Of a stretch of 64,000 bases of DNA, positions 40,301-50,817 are shown one piece after another. Made by a program: the position numbers and the translations under genes. Numbering within the stretch: the first letter of the stretch is position 1; each line of letters begins with the position of its first letter. The notes under the pieces were generated by a model. It was given only the letters and a program-made list of their open reading frames with translations. It made no database searches and had not been told where the DNA came from. Source of the stretch: Botryllus schlosseri (Eukaryota); the NCBI GenBank assembly GCA_051294905.1, contig CM119372.1, positions 36,518,001 to 36,582,000 on the forward strand. The letters are read 5' to 3'.

Positions 40301-40520
40301 GTCCTGGTTTACTTTTTAAAACGTTACTCGAAGTCGGCAAAACAGAAACGGATGCTCCTGTATCGACGAGGAAAATCCGCCCTGAAATCGAATCTCGCAC
40401 ATGCAATAAAGGGTTTTGACATTCGAAGTTGGCATTCACTGTTGAAAATTGCTGCGATCCCTCACGAGGCCTCCGTCTAAAAAAGGGCGATTTGAGGAGT
40501 AGGAACAGGGTGGACGGCAA
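37323..40520 (-). CDS. Pol of element C (PR-RT-RNaseH-IN), open, in the -1 frame relative to gag
   Basis: FLVDTGA protease; VFLDD RT; VVDASQIGIGA RNase H; H..GIRATT..C..CQ zinc finger; ITDRGSQF integrase; GPHQV. Confidence 0.95.
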   Translation of the reverse strand: MPSTLFLLLKSPFFRRRPREGSQQFSTVNANFECQNPLLHVRDSISGRIFLVDTGASVSVLPTSSNVLKSKPGPNLYATNGSKIATFGTRYLRIELSDRHKYGFRFYIADTHIAILGADFIERFSLVVDLRSNCLIDTVSGGFIPGWKCNPVVRGLNFIAHDHNRPYVDLLSSFNDITIPRNAAVRANHGTVHRIITNGCPTRSRCRPLPPHLKQKVKNRLQEMLKSGVIIRSKSPFASTITVVPKGLDDIRICVDYRKLNNQTVKDRWPVPFLRDFTNELSTCNVFSKVDLAKAYHQIPLHPDDQEKAAFICPEGLFQPTTKMFGLTNACSTFSRFISEVTEGLENIFVFLDDILIATRTEEEHMATLSKLFSRFRKFGLVINVDKCSFGKEEIEFLGHLVNARGISPLPSKVEVISNYPRPENVKQLRSFLGLVCYYHRFVKNCAEILKPLYDVANAASNKRDLVKWTDSANTAFERIKTELSDNVILFHPIHDAELSLVVDASQIGIGAVLQQKSDDSWLPLAFFSKTLNPTQRKYSAFDRELLAAYSAIKHFHVQLKGRKFQLITDNDGLVKSLRNPTDRLLDRQARQLEFITEYTDDVRHIKGTLNTAADTLSRLEVNAIFPNTVPITAEALLQAQKDDDELKDLLANTNNHSLHLAEVHFVELNDPIIFDKSLPGRERPYVPAALRETVMHSVHDISHPGIRATTRLIAERYVWPGMKRHVNDFVRHCQQCQRSKIHRHTRTAINNLPVPSERFHTVNVDILSLPNSCGYSYILMCVDRYTRWPVCVPMLDIRAQTVIDAFSFGWVSNFGSPRKVITDRGSQFTSLEWTQYMQFLGIFHIKTLAYKPEQNSLVERYNITLKASLRALESPHNWYHHLGLIVLGLRCSVKEDLGYSPAELVYGTSLRLPGQLVNPSSSGNNANDFNYVGELKRFFSAVGEMPTRFHSNQKSYVPNDLTNCTHVFLRIDGHRRSLDPVYSGPHQVLKRTRKCFTILTNKGPYDASTDRLIPGRLPIERLDELTPPQVDTSRTNSVSASGRIIRTPHHLTDFVLSPVFKMDI

Positions 40521-41401
40521 TTTCGAGCTCGATCACCGAATTTATCATGATAAAAGCACAACTGATTCGTACCACGCAGATGAGCAAATCGAGTTACCTC
40601 ACCACGTGTCTCTGAACGGTTTGACTGCGTCCGAAAAGCTGGTCGATCACCTCTAAAGGGTTCATGGCGAGGAACGGAACTACGATTGAAATTGTGCGAG
40701 CTTTGTCCGCCCGATGCAGGTAAATGTCGTGTCGAAGGTATCGCCTTCCATTCCCTGACCTCTCGAGCTATCGATTGAACAGTTCGTTGCAATTCATCTA
40801 ATTGATTTGCGGGAGGATAACTGTAATGATTTGAAACCACACGAGGAGAAGCGCGAGTGTATACACTATCAGCTCATAGGGCAAGCTGTTCCACGGTATC
40901 GTCTACATGTGACGACAATATCCCAGCAATATGATCTGGCAAATGATGAAGGAACGTTTCCTTTAAATAACAGTCGGAACCTGGTGTGTTTGATAGAGTA
41001 CCCATTGCATTCCGCAATTTTTTCAGAAGTTCAGAGGGTTTTAAATCTCTACAGCGATCACTATAAAGTTCCTTAACACGGTCTCGTAAGGGAACAGCGT
41101 ACTCACGCATCAGAAGATCACGCAATACTTCGTAGCAGTCGACGTCTTCTGGGCCAGGTAACTTCAATCGAATCGATTCGAGCTGGTTGCCGTCTAAACA
41201 CCTCAGAACGTGAAAATACTTCGCCGCAGAGTCGGTAACCCCATAACTGACAAATCCGGCTTCCACCGAAACAAACCACGACTCCGGCGAATGGGACCAG
41301 AAATTAACCACCGGTGGCGGCATCCTCGGGGTACCATTGAAATTCGCAGAGTTCGCAATATCGTTTATCGATTGTTGTTGTCGTCGTCGTCGAGAAGACA
41401 T
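40436..41401 (-). pseudogene. Gag of element C with one in-frame TGA at 40876-40874
   Basis: FWSHSPESWF gag motif; ORFs 41401-40874 and 40840-40436 are in the same frame (EQLAL*ADSVY). Confidence 0.88.
40478..40484 (-). promoter_or_regulatory. Putative -1 ribosomal frameshift heptamer U UUU UUA in the gag/pol overlap
   Basis: Gag frame cct ttt tta gac; pol frame ccc ttt ttt aga; correct X XXY YYZ phase. Confidence 0.75.
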
Positions 41402-41500
41402 TTCAAATACAGCAGAGAGTGAGCAAGGGATTCGAGTCGGCTAGTGCACGTTGGGTTCGAGTCGGCTGGCGATACCACGTCGGCTAGGATGGCTAGCGAA

Positions 41501-41518
41501 ATCACGTCGGGGTCACCA
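41501..41518 (-). promoter_or_regulatory. PBS complementary to tRNA-Trp
   Basis: TGGTGACCCCGACGTGAT, 3 nt downstream of the 5' LTR. Confidence 0.92.
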
Positions 41519-43867
41519 AAATATAGCGTGCTCTGTCGTGGGCGCGCGTTCTTCTTGGTCCGCGGCTCGATAAGTCAAAGTAGACAAGTCAGCATTGCTC
41601 TTTTAATAAAACAACTAAAACATGAGGATGCTCGTCCGACGGATACTAAAAGACGACTGGCTCGGACGGTGACTAAAAGCGACTGCCTAAAAGAGTACAA
41701 CACAACAAGACGTAGCAGTAACGTAATCAGTCATCAGCGAGGGTAATTATGGGTTAATCATGGAGCGGTACGCTACACTTTTCAGCCGACCAGCCTATGT
41801 GCACTGTGCAGTCACAATAATGTACAAGTCGATTACGGGAGGTGGAAACGGCGGCTTTTGTCTTCCTGCTATGACAACCTACAGCTAACAATAGGGTTAC
41901 CATGCGTCCTACTTTGGGAGGACTTGTCCTTCCGTTTCAGTTATTTCAAAATATTCTCCGAGGACGCGTAAATAATGTTCTTATTTTTCGCAATTCGTCC
42001 TCCTTTACAGCTTTCACAGCTAAAATAATGTACAGATTCGAGTGAAAATGGGCATAAATGACGCAAAATAGCAAATACGGACTTCGAGCGGGAAATCCGT
42101 GGTTCCATCGAAAGTGATGACCTTTTTTTAGTCAACACCACCAAATTTAAGTAAAAAGTGTGGAAATCGGGGGTCGAACGAAAGTGATGACTCACCAAAT
42201 TTTGCAGCAGAAATAGCGAAATCGTCTGTTTTCAGTCTTGATCAACTAACTTTTCTGATACGGTAAAAGTGTACTCCTTTCCCGATTCCAAAATATCGTA
42301 ACCCTAGCTAACAGCAACGAAAAATAATATCGACTGTATATTAACTGGAAGTTATTGCTGAAGTATCCAAGTATCCTAGCAGGGACAGGGTCATGTGTCG
42401 TATGCCGTTAAAAAGGGTGTGTATATGTATTAAACTCACACCGACGTGAATTTGATGTAGATTTGCGGTACTTCGGCAAGTCGTATTATTGTGCCGTGAA
42501 AGGCCATAATTGCAACTTAATCTCAATAATCAACTTCCTGTGGAAGTATACGGCACCAACGCAACGAATCGTATTGGACTAAGGATTTAGCGCAGCACAT
42601 TAATCTTCGGACTCGGTTTAAAATGTTCGGCTTTGAGATCATTGTACAACATGTGAGAGTGACATGAATTGATTGTAGGCCTATCAATGAATGGAATGTT
42701 CTGACATCCCTACTTCAGTGGGTGCAAAAAAACTATGTACGACGTACGTACATGTACATTGTACAGCTTGAGTGTTGAAAAAATATTTCGTCACTTCTCT
42801 GTAGTAGGCCTTTCCCATTCACCAGAGAATTGTTTGATGCTGGTCCTGAATGTTTATATTTTTCCCCACCATAGTGGAACCAAAGCTCCAACCACGCATA
42901 GGATGCGGGAATTAGATATCGGGTTTCGCGACGTGAGTGGAACATTGGACGGCTATAATGTACACAAGAGTTATACGGTCTAGCAGGGCCGTAGCTGCAG
43001 CAGTACCCCTAACCACCAATTGGGTGGGGGAACTCGATCGGGCCTAAAAATATTTCGTTGGTCGTTTGTTGGAGGAGATTTATTCAACTTGGAAAATTTT
43101 CGTCGCGCTTTGCGCGATTTCATGTTCTTAGAGGTTTAGATGTAAATATAACTAGTATACGAGACAAATGCGCATATTTTAGTGAAATCGGACTATGACT
43201 GTATAAGAGGTGGGCCACAGAACATCTTCAAACCGGAGCAGGGGCCACGGTTAAACAAAGGTTGAGAACACCTGTGCTAAATCAAGAGTCGCCAACTGAA
43301 AACGGGTCGTGGGCCACTTTTCATATTACGTAGAGGCCGCGGGCCGCAAGAATGCAAATATTGAGACAAAAATACCACACAGTTTACCAGCAACGTTTTT
43401 GAAACTTTACAAGACGTGTCATCACGAATCATACGCATGAGGTGAGTGCTGTGTTCTTGACTTCGCGGAATCCATGGGACTTGCTCAGTGAATCCATGGT
43501 GTTCTCAGGAGCCTATAGGTTAAGAACCACTGATTTTGAAGAAAATAGATGAAAGATAGTGCCCGCATTGAGATATACGGATTTGTTCAATTAGATTTCA
43601 ACTTTTAAATCAATTGTCTGCCATACATATTTTAATGTCCATATGACCTAATATACGATATGTTACTATGCATTAGTAGCACATACATGTATATTAGTCT
43701 GTTTCTTGAGATAGATATTGCAGTCACTGACCCTCTTGTCGGAATGTTCAGATCCCTATCCGGTCCGAACTTTCATCGGATCGAGGAGAAAACTAGGCTA
43801 CATATAGAATTCATTTCATATATCGCATACTTGTGCATTCTTGTATCTTGTATGCAACTATCTAGGA

Positions 43868-44126
43868 CAGTGGTTCCCAACCTGGGGGCGTGAAAGCATC
43901 TGAACGGGGGCACGATGAAGCGGTCAACTGAAAAAAAATTTCACGCGTGTTTCTCTATATATAGACCGAATTTCATATTTTTTAATTCTCTCATCAACAG
44001 TTATTACCTTCCATGCCATCACACAATCTGTTGAGGTTGCTAGCATCCCGGTTGGATTTTGTACTGATATGACGATAAGGAGGACGCGAAAGGGTAGCGT
44101 GTCTAAAAAAAGGTTGGGAACCATTG
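43868..44126. mobile_element. hAT MITE
   Basis: TIR cagtggttcccaacct / aggttgggaaccattg; perfect TSD ATCTAGGA. Confidence 0.93.
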
Positions 44127-44722
44127 ATCTAGGAAGATTGTTGATGAAGTTGATAAGTTGATGAAGCATATGATTCAAACCCAAAAGTGTCAATGCGCAC
44201 ATTTATATCTGTCGGCATAGTTCGCTTAGACGCGGCATCGCCAAATACAGGATTGTAAATTAACATTTCGCGCAATGCAGCACCATATTTTAGACAATGG
44301 TGAAAATGCCTCCGAACAGAAATTAGGTAAACCCAAACAAGTACGCTATCAATCGATAATTACACTGAACATTGCTATTTAGCGACATACACGAGGTTGA
44401 ATCAAAATTCGAAATACTTTGCTATGTTCACATCAATTATTAATAGCGCAATTTAAATGATATTAAGGGATTGAACTTGAAACGATATATGTTCTTCGTA
44501 AATTGGCATAGAGAACGTTGGTATGTTCGACGTTTCACTTCGGCTAGTGCTGTGTGCAATTTCAATATTCGCGTGCACAACAAGTGAGTCGGGTAGTTCA
44601 ATGTTCTAATAGCAAGCAGAGCAATAGGAGCATTGCATTGACACATATTTCTAAAATGCATTTCGAAATATCTATATAAATTAGCATCATGTAGCCACCA
44701 TATTATCGCATGTTTTTGTCAG

Positions 44723-45442
44723 GTGGCCATGATCTGACCGTTATCCCCGAGACTTCGGGAAAGAGTGTGGTCGAAGCAGTGCTACAGAAGCTCCTTCAAC
44801 TTCACAGCTTTTTGCCGGACTATCTATTTTTGAGAAGAATAGCCTACGTTGAATCTCGGTACGGCGAGGAAGACTTCACTTATCGCAATGGATATGATGG
44901 TGGAATTTGGCAGGTATAGAGTGACTGGAAAAACTTTGCAACTTTTGGGAGGTCGATTTCCGAGCAAACTGTAACATTTTATCTCAGATATAGTGTATGT
45001 TTCAGAGGTGCACTTGCGTAAATGCATATAGTTGCATGCGTTTCTACTCCTATATTCCGAAGGTTGACGAGGCTACGTTTCAACTGGGCTTGGACGGAAT
45101 TACGAGCAAATCCACAGTAAACCCAAGAGCAGTAGGAATCGCCACCCAATCCGGCGTTGATATTTCGACAACAAAATGGAGAGACCTACGCAAACCGTTT
45201 TATTCCGGATTATTTTGTGCGGTAAGTTAAACTCTTTGACTGCTGCTTCAACTCAACCAGCGTATATTTGGTCTTCGTGTTGACGTTACAGATTTACCTT
45301 TACGTTAAACTGGGAATCGAGGAGCCCGTCTCGCTACCGTCGCAATTGACCGAACAGGCAAGCATATGGCAAAGAGAATATCGCCCGACATTGTCGATGA
45401 CAATATTTCTGAGAGGCGCGAGCGAACGCGGAAAAACGATAA
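44723..45442 (+). CDS. Three exons (44723-44913, 45063-45221, 45292-45442) of a lysozyme/lytic-transglycosylase-like module; start exon not identified
   Basis: GT-AG junctions join in frame: SGKSVVEAV..FLRRIAYVESRYG..TYRNGYDGGIWQ|VDEATF..WRDLRKPFYSGLFCA|IYLY..LPSQLTEQASIWQREY; last donor (45443) less certain. Confidence 0.8.
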
Positions 45443-46182
45443 GTAAGAGACAAGCTTTGGGGAACATATATTTTCCCATACTGACAGTTTATGTTTCATC
45501 CGATGTGAGATTGCCGTTATAGAGTGCTGATAAAATATATACAATGTATGACTCTAGAATAGAGTTTTATGCTATCGAACAATAAGAGTATATTTTCCAA
45601 CAGCGACTACATGGATGGGAAATAGGTGTATAATATAATACACTATATATAACAAATTTTCATTATAGTGTAAGGTGCAATCGGGGCATTGGCACCTTCT
45701 AACACCAAACTTTGCCCACACCTTGCAACGGGAGAATACGAGTCAAATACAGTAGTCCTCTATGAGATATATTCCTGATGTGTAACTCTGTTTACAGGCC
45801 CACCACTAGGACTGCATTTAAAACAAATGGTTGTTTAAAACACTGTTTAAAACATGCTTTAAACAAAGTGTTTTAAAAGCCTATTTTTAAAATAATTGTG
45901 TTTTTTCAAGCTGTAAAATTATGCCATAATTGTGTAAATACTTTCCAAAAAACAGGCTTTATGAGCCTGTGGACAAATACCACCCGATATAGCAGCGTTG
46001 GGATAAATGGAGTCATGACTTGACTGGAGTCAGACTCGAGTCACCTTTTTCGTATGACTTGACTTGACTCGAGTCACTTTGCTAAAATGACTTGACTTGA
46101 CTTGACTCGGCGTATCAGAAATGTGGATTGACTCGTGACTCGGAGCAAAATTCACGAGTTAATTTCAAGTCATCAAGTAATC

Positions 46183-49100
46183 TGTAGTAACGTGACTGAC
46201 GGTCTGTCTAATATACGAGACGTGAGTTCTCAAGCAGCCATGTATTCAGTGACGACCAAGCACCGAAGCACCTGCGATGTCGTCACACCCTAGTGGCGCC
46301 ATAGAGCTACCACTACATCTCCCTTCTCGGGACAAGCACAAATGCTTATAAGCAGCACAAACATATACAACGCAAGCACAGAATGAAGACAATAAACAAT
46401 CCGAATTGAGGCAGTTAGCGGTACAAAGGTATGAAGCAATTGGCAGGCAAGAGGTGAATGAAGAACACAACATATTTACACACACTACTCCTATAACTAC
46501 ATCAGTACTCCTCGATGTATCTACGAGGTGCGGTTCTGTTCCGATCCGACCGTCGGACTATCGCCGCCTCATGATGGTCATCACGATCGACACTAGTAGC
46601 GCTCGAACTGCTATCTCCTCCCTGATCGGGAAATTTGAAGAATTCAGCTGCCTCACTGGCGGTAATGTCGACGCCTTCTTGCGGGGCATTCTCCGTCTGG
46701 TATCTCCGCACCATTCGGCGATTTCTTCTGAAGGTGCCACGCCCAGTTCTGATAACCAAGGATCTGGGTTGAGTGTCAGTGTCAAGTTTTTCCACAACAC
46801 CTTGCGATTTGCAGTCCGGAATCCAAACGCGATCTCCCACCTTGAACTCATCTCCAGGTACTACTCTGTGTCTTTTGTTGTAATCACGAGTAACTCTGCG
46901 TCGGTAATCTGCTTCAGCTTTCTTCACGGCGGTTCGGTTGACAGACTTGGGCAGAAGATCGTCTGGATGACACGGTACTCTTGTTCTTAGTTTGCGGCCC
47001 ATGCTCAATTCTGCCGGCGAGTAGCCGATAGCCAATGGCGTGTTGCGGTATGTGAGTAGCGCCAGATATTCATCGTCACATTTTCGCAGAAGGTTTTTGA
47101 TGGTCTGAACGGCACGCTCAGCCTCCGAGTTCCCCTGTGGATATCTAGGTGAGGACATGATATGTTCAATTTTCCAGCTTTCGCAAAATGACGCAAAGTC
47201 GCGGGAAGAGAACATAGGTGCTCCATCGGTGACCAAAGTCTCGCAGATGCCATGCCTACTGAAAATCTTCTTGAATTTCAGAATCGTCTCTGCTGCGTTC
47301 ACTGTTTTGGAGACTATGCAAATCTCAATGTCCCTGGAGTAGTAGTCAACGGCTAGCAGGTACATGGAATTCTGGTATTGAAAGAAGTCGGCACCAACAC
47401 GGGACCAGGGTCTCTCTGGGAAGGATGCTGACAGCATCGGTTCAACCTTTTCTCGCTGATGCTCCGTGCACTTTTCGCAATTTCTGACGGTTTCTTCAAT
47501 GTCCTTAGAAATTCCAGGCCACCAGCATGACTGTGATGCATTGAGTCGGGATTTTGTCACCCCTTGGTGAGCATCATGAAGGTATCTTAAAACGTCTTGT
47601 CTCAGCGTACAGGGGATCACCAAGCGATTCCCTTTAAGCAGGAGTCCTTCATAAGTAGATAAACAGGCTCTATCATTCCAGTATGGCCTAAGTGGGCCAT
47701 GCAGCGTCTCTTTGCATTTCAGCCACCCTGAGGATACATATTGCATCACTGTGCGCAATACGTCATCTTTCTGGAGCTCTGAGCGAATTTCATCCAACCG
47801 TTTACAAGACGCAGGAAGGCTGGATGTGACGGCATTGACATAGGCTTCTGTCTCATTATGAAGGCCATCAACGTCCTCGAAAGTTGGCAACGGACAACGA
47901 GACAATGCGTCAGCGGTATATAGCAGTTTCCCAGGAACATGAGATATGGTGAAGTTGAACTTCATCAGCCGCATTCGAAATCGTTGCACTCTGAGCGGAA
48001 GCTCATCAAGAGTCTTTGTTGACAAAAGTGGAACTAATGGTTGGTGATCAGTCTCCACGCGAAGTTGATGCAAGCCGATCAGGAGTTCCTTCCATCTCTC
48101 CATAGACCACGTTATAGCAAGGGCCTCCTTCTCGATTTGAGCGTATCGTCTCTCTGTCTCAGTCAGCGATCTGCTAGCATAAGCGACAGGGCGTAGAGAG
48201 TTGTCTACCTGACGTTGCATCAGCACAGCTCCAAGTCCATAACTGCTGGAGTCGGCAGAGATAACAGTTTCCTTATCCGGGCTGTACATAGCAAGAGTCA
48301 CATCCGAGGACAGCTCTGCCTTAACCTGGTCGAAGGCCAGCTGTTGTTCAGCACCCCAGAGCCACGAAGTGTTTTTCTTCAGTAGATCCCTCAGAGGCTT
48401 TGTAAGCTCAGCCAGGTTGGGTGAGAATTTCATGAGTTGATTGGTCATTCCCAGAAACCTTCTCAGTTCCGGGACGTCTGAGGGAGCGGAGAACTTGGCA
48501 ATCGCCTCAACCTTTTTAGGATCCTTGCCGATGCCATCTTTACCAACAACATGTCCAAGGTATTCCAGTTTAGTCGCTGAAAAGACACATTTGTCTCTAT
48601 TCAATGTAATTCCCTCATCTCGGAGTCTATCCAGTACAAGTCCGAGGGTGGTATTGTAATCCTGTGGTGAGCTAGCAATTATGATGTCATCCATGTGACA
48701 TATCACATTGGGGATGCCAGCAAGCACCTGATTCATTTTCCGTTGGTAGACTTCGGGTGCGCTGGCGATACCGTATGGAAGCCTCTTGAATCTGAACCTC
48801 CCATCAGGGGTGATGAATGTAGTTAACTTACGACACTCCGGTTCAAGTTCTATTTGATAAAATCCACTATTTGCATCCAGTTTGGTGTAAACAGTTCCTT
48901 CGGCAATCTTCCCCAGGGTGCTCTCAACTGTCGGCATAGGGTAGAGTTCCCTATCAACAGAATCATTTAGTTTCGTTAGATCCACACACAGGCGTATTTC
49001 AGAGTTTTTCTTTGGTACCACAACGATCGGTGCGCACCAGTCTGTTGGCTCGTTGACAGGCTCAATTATGTCCGCCTTTTGCAATTTATTTAGCTCAGCA

Positions 49101-50817
49101 GTCAAACTACCAAGCAAAGGAATGGGAACTCTGCGAGGTACTTTCAGGCTAAACGGTTTAGCATTCGCCTTCAGTTTGATAGAGTACTGTCCTTTCATTT
49201 TTCCAACTCCTTGAAAGAGTTCAGGGTAAGCTTTCATGACCTCTTCCTTAGACCGAAGCGAGGGAGTTACTGCACAGTCTACTGCACGGATGCTAACTGT
49301 ACCCGGCACATCTTGCAGGAGTCCGATTTTGAATGCCCCTGGGATACCCAAGAGTAGTTTAGGCGTATCCCGGACAACGTAGACCTTTTCCACAACGGAG
49401 TTATCCTCAAACCCGAGCGTCATAGCGACATAGCCAAGGGTGGAAAGTTCCTTATTCCCTGCAGTCATCAAACGTTTGTCGGAGGGTCTGATGGATCCAT
49501 ATTGACGCTTGTATATGTGCAAGGGCATGACTGATACTTGTGCGCCAGTATCAACGCACCATGTAAGCAGGTCAAGGGCAACCTTGAGCTTGACAAACCA
49601 GCCAATATCTTCCGCTGGTTCCACCGTGCTAATGGTCAGCCCCTGGTGTGGGATTTCAGGCTCCATGTTAACTGTATCGGTATTGGGAGCACTATCCAAA
49701 TCTACAGCAGCAATCACGGATCCCACAAAGACTGGTGCGATGGGACTTGAGCGTCCGTCCACATCGTCTTCACCAACAGTATCGGATTCCACGGAGCGTA
49801 TATTTGTCCGAGCAGAAGCACGGCAGACAGTTTCGAAATGTCCTGTTTTCTCACACACCGAGCAATTGTAATCGGCAGCAGGACAGAAAAATCTACCAAA
49901 CTGGTGCTTCTTACCACAGTATTTGCATTTTATCAGCGACGTCTTGGCATCCTTTCCATCCTTCTGTCGAGCAGTAGATCCTGTTTTTAGTGGAGGTTTC
50001 TTTGTGACTGCATCAATCGTAGCAGATTTATAGGACGCGACACCCTGTTTGACGTATTCGCGTTTATCGATGATCGATTCAACTTTGCTCAGTGTCAAGG
50101 TTTTCGGATCCTCGGCGAAGAGTTCTGACAAGGTACCGGTGTCCGTACAACACAGAAGGAGTTTATCCATAATAACTTCCTCAAGACACCTCTGCGGATG
50201 ATAGCAGCACTTGGCTGCAGCTTCGCGAACACGGAGTGACCATTGCAAAAAAGACTCGTCCTCCTCCCGTTTCAAGAATAGCCAAAACTTCCTTCGCATT
50301 CTGAAGCGATCATCACGAAGCTCAAAGCACGCATCAAATTTCTCAATGACTAGTTTGTAGTCATTTTTATCCTCAGCAGGAATGTCTTGATCATTTTCTC
50401 GTCGAGCAGGAAGCCACGTGAGATTCTTGTAAATTGACTTTCCCTCCGGACCAATAAGACTCAGGAGGTGTCCTACCTTGACGCAGTCATCCTTTTGTGA
50501 TAATTCTGCAGCACAGAGATACGTTTCAAAGTCTTCCTTCCAATCAACCCACGCTTGAGGCGGGTTGGTTCCAGCCAGTGATAATGGCTTCGGGTGCAGT
50601 CCTTGCAAGGCAGTATATCCACTAGCCATAATTCTGAGTAGCTAAGTAATTGCTATCAGCTGCTTTTATACTGCTGCCACCATGTAGTAACGTGACTGAC
50701 GGTCTGTCTAATATACGAGACGTGAGTTCTCAAGCAGCCATGTATTCAGTGACGACCAAGCACCGAAGCACCTGCGATGTCGTCACACCCTAGTGGCGCC
50801 ATAGAGCTACCACTACA
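46183..50817 (-). mobile_element. Intact Ty3/Gypsy (Mag-type) retrotransposon D
   Basis: Identical 135-bp LTRs 46183-46317 and 50683-50817; 5-bp TSD TAATC; PBS TGGTGGCAGC (50682-50673, tRNA-Leu AAG/UAG type); PPT gagaagggaga next to 46318. Confidence 0.98.
46502..50629 (-). CDS. Single gag-pol polyprotein of element D (1375 aa)
   Basis: Zn knuckle C..C.K.GHF..VC; CVDTGA protease; CHMDD RT; ADSSSYGLGAVL RNase H; HDAHQG..C..C; VTDGAPMF and GNSEAERAVQT integrase. Confidence 0.97.
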   Translation of the reverse strand: MASGYTALQGLHPKPLSLAGTNPPQAWVDWKEDFETYLCAAELSQKDDCVKVGHLLSLIGPEGKSIYKNLTWLPARRENDQDIPAEDKNDYKLVIEKFDACFELRDDRFRMRRKFWLFLKREEDESFLQWSLRVREAAAKCCYHPQRCLEEVIMDKLLLCCTDTGTLSELFAEDPKTLTLSKVESIIDKREYVKQGVASYKSATIDAVTKKPPLKTGSTARQKDGKDAKTSLIKCKYCGKKHQFGRFFCPAADYNCSVCEKTGHFETVCRASARTNIRSVESDTVGEDDVDGRSSPIAPVFVGSVIAAVDLDSAPNTDTVNMEPEIPHQGLTISTVEPAEDIGWFVKLKVALDLLTWCVDTGAQVSVMPLHIYKRQYGSIRPSDKRLMTAGNKELSTLGYVAMTLGFEDNSVVEKVYVVRDTPKLLLGIPGAFKIGLLQDVPGTVSIRAVDCAVTPSLRSKEEVMKAYPELFQGVGKMKGQYSIKLKANAKPFSLKVPRRVPIPLLGSLTAELNKLQKADIIEPVNEPTDWCAPIVVVPKKNSEIRLCVDLTKLNDSVDRELYPMPTVESTLGKIAEGTVYTKLDANSGFYQIELEPECRKLTTFITPDGRFRFKRLPYGIASAPEVYQRKMNQVLAGIPNVICHMDDIIIASSPQDYNTTLGLVLDRLRDEGITLNRDKCVFSATKLEYLGHVVGKDGIGKDPKKVEAIAKFSAPSDVPELRRFLGMTNQLMKFSPNLAELTKPLRDLLKKNTSWLWGAEQQLAFDQVKAELSSDVTLAMYSPDKETVISADSSSYGLGAVLMQRQVDNSLRPVAYASRSLTETERRYAQIEKEALAITWSMERWKELLIGLHQLRVETDHQPLVPLLSTKTLDELPLRVQRFRMRLMKFNFTISHVPGKLLYTADALSRCPLPTFEDVDGLHNETEAYVNAVTSSLPASCKRLDEIRSELQKDDVLRTVMQYVSSGWLKCKETLHGPLRPYWNDRACLSTYEGLLLKGNRLVIPCTLRQDVLRYLHDAHQGVTKSRLNASQSCWWPGISKDIEETVRNCEKCTEHQREKVEPMLSASFPERPWSRVGADFFQYQNSMYLLAVDYYSRDIEICIVSKTVNAAETILKFKKIFSRHGICETLVTDGAPMFSSRDFASFCESWKIEHIMSSPRYPQGNSEAERAVQTIKNLLRKCDDEYLALLTYRNTPLAIGYSPAELSMGRKLRTRVPCHPDDLLPKSVNRTAVKKAEADYRRRVTRDYNKRHRVVPGDEFKVGDRVWIPDCKSQGVVEKLDTDTQPRSLVIRTGRGTFRRNRRMVRRYQTENAPQEGVDITASEAAEFFKFPDQGGDSSSSATSVDRDDHHEAAIVRRSDRNRTAPRRYIEEY

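Larger units (their letters stand above)
36734..41777 (-). mobile_element. Ty3/Gypsy retrotransposon C, CsRn1-type
   Basis: 256-bp LTRs 36734-36989 and 41522-41777 (1 mismatch seen); 4-bp TSD CTTT; tRNA-Trp PBS; CHCC Gag motif CFYHDKFGDRARNCRPPC; PPT ~36990-37003. Confidence 0.96.
36567..43274. mobile_element. hAT non-autonomous element hosting Gypsy C
   Basis: Ends catgggttcccaaac / gttgagaacacctg with subterminal gtgggccac; TSD TGCTAGAT / TGCTAAAT (7/8). Confidence 0.7.

Noticed and set aside
44294-44326. 33-nt phase 1-1 micro-exon upstream of the lysozyme-like module
   Set aside because: Splice signals and frame fit, but it is too short to support without RNA data
46406-46990. 194-aa + strand ORF and other antisense ORFs over pol genes or IST1 (e.g. 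21401-21865)
   Set aside because: Shadow frames opposite well-supported coding sequence with no recognisable motifs
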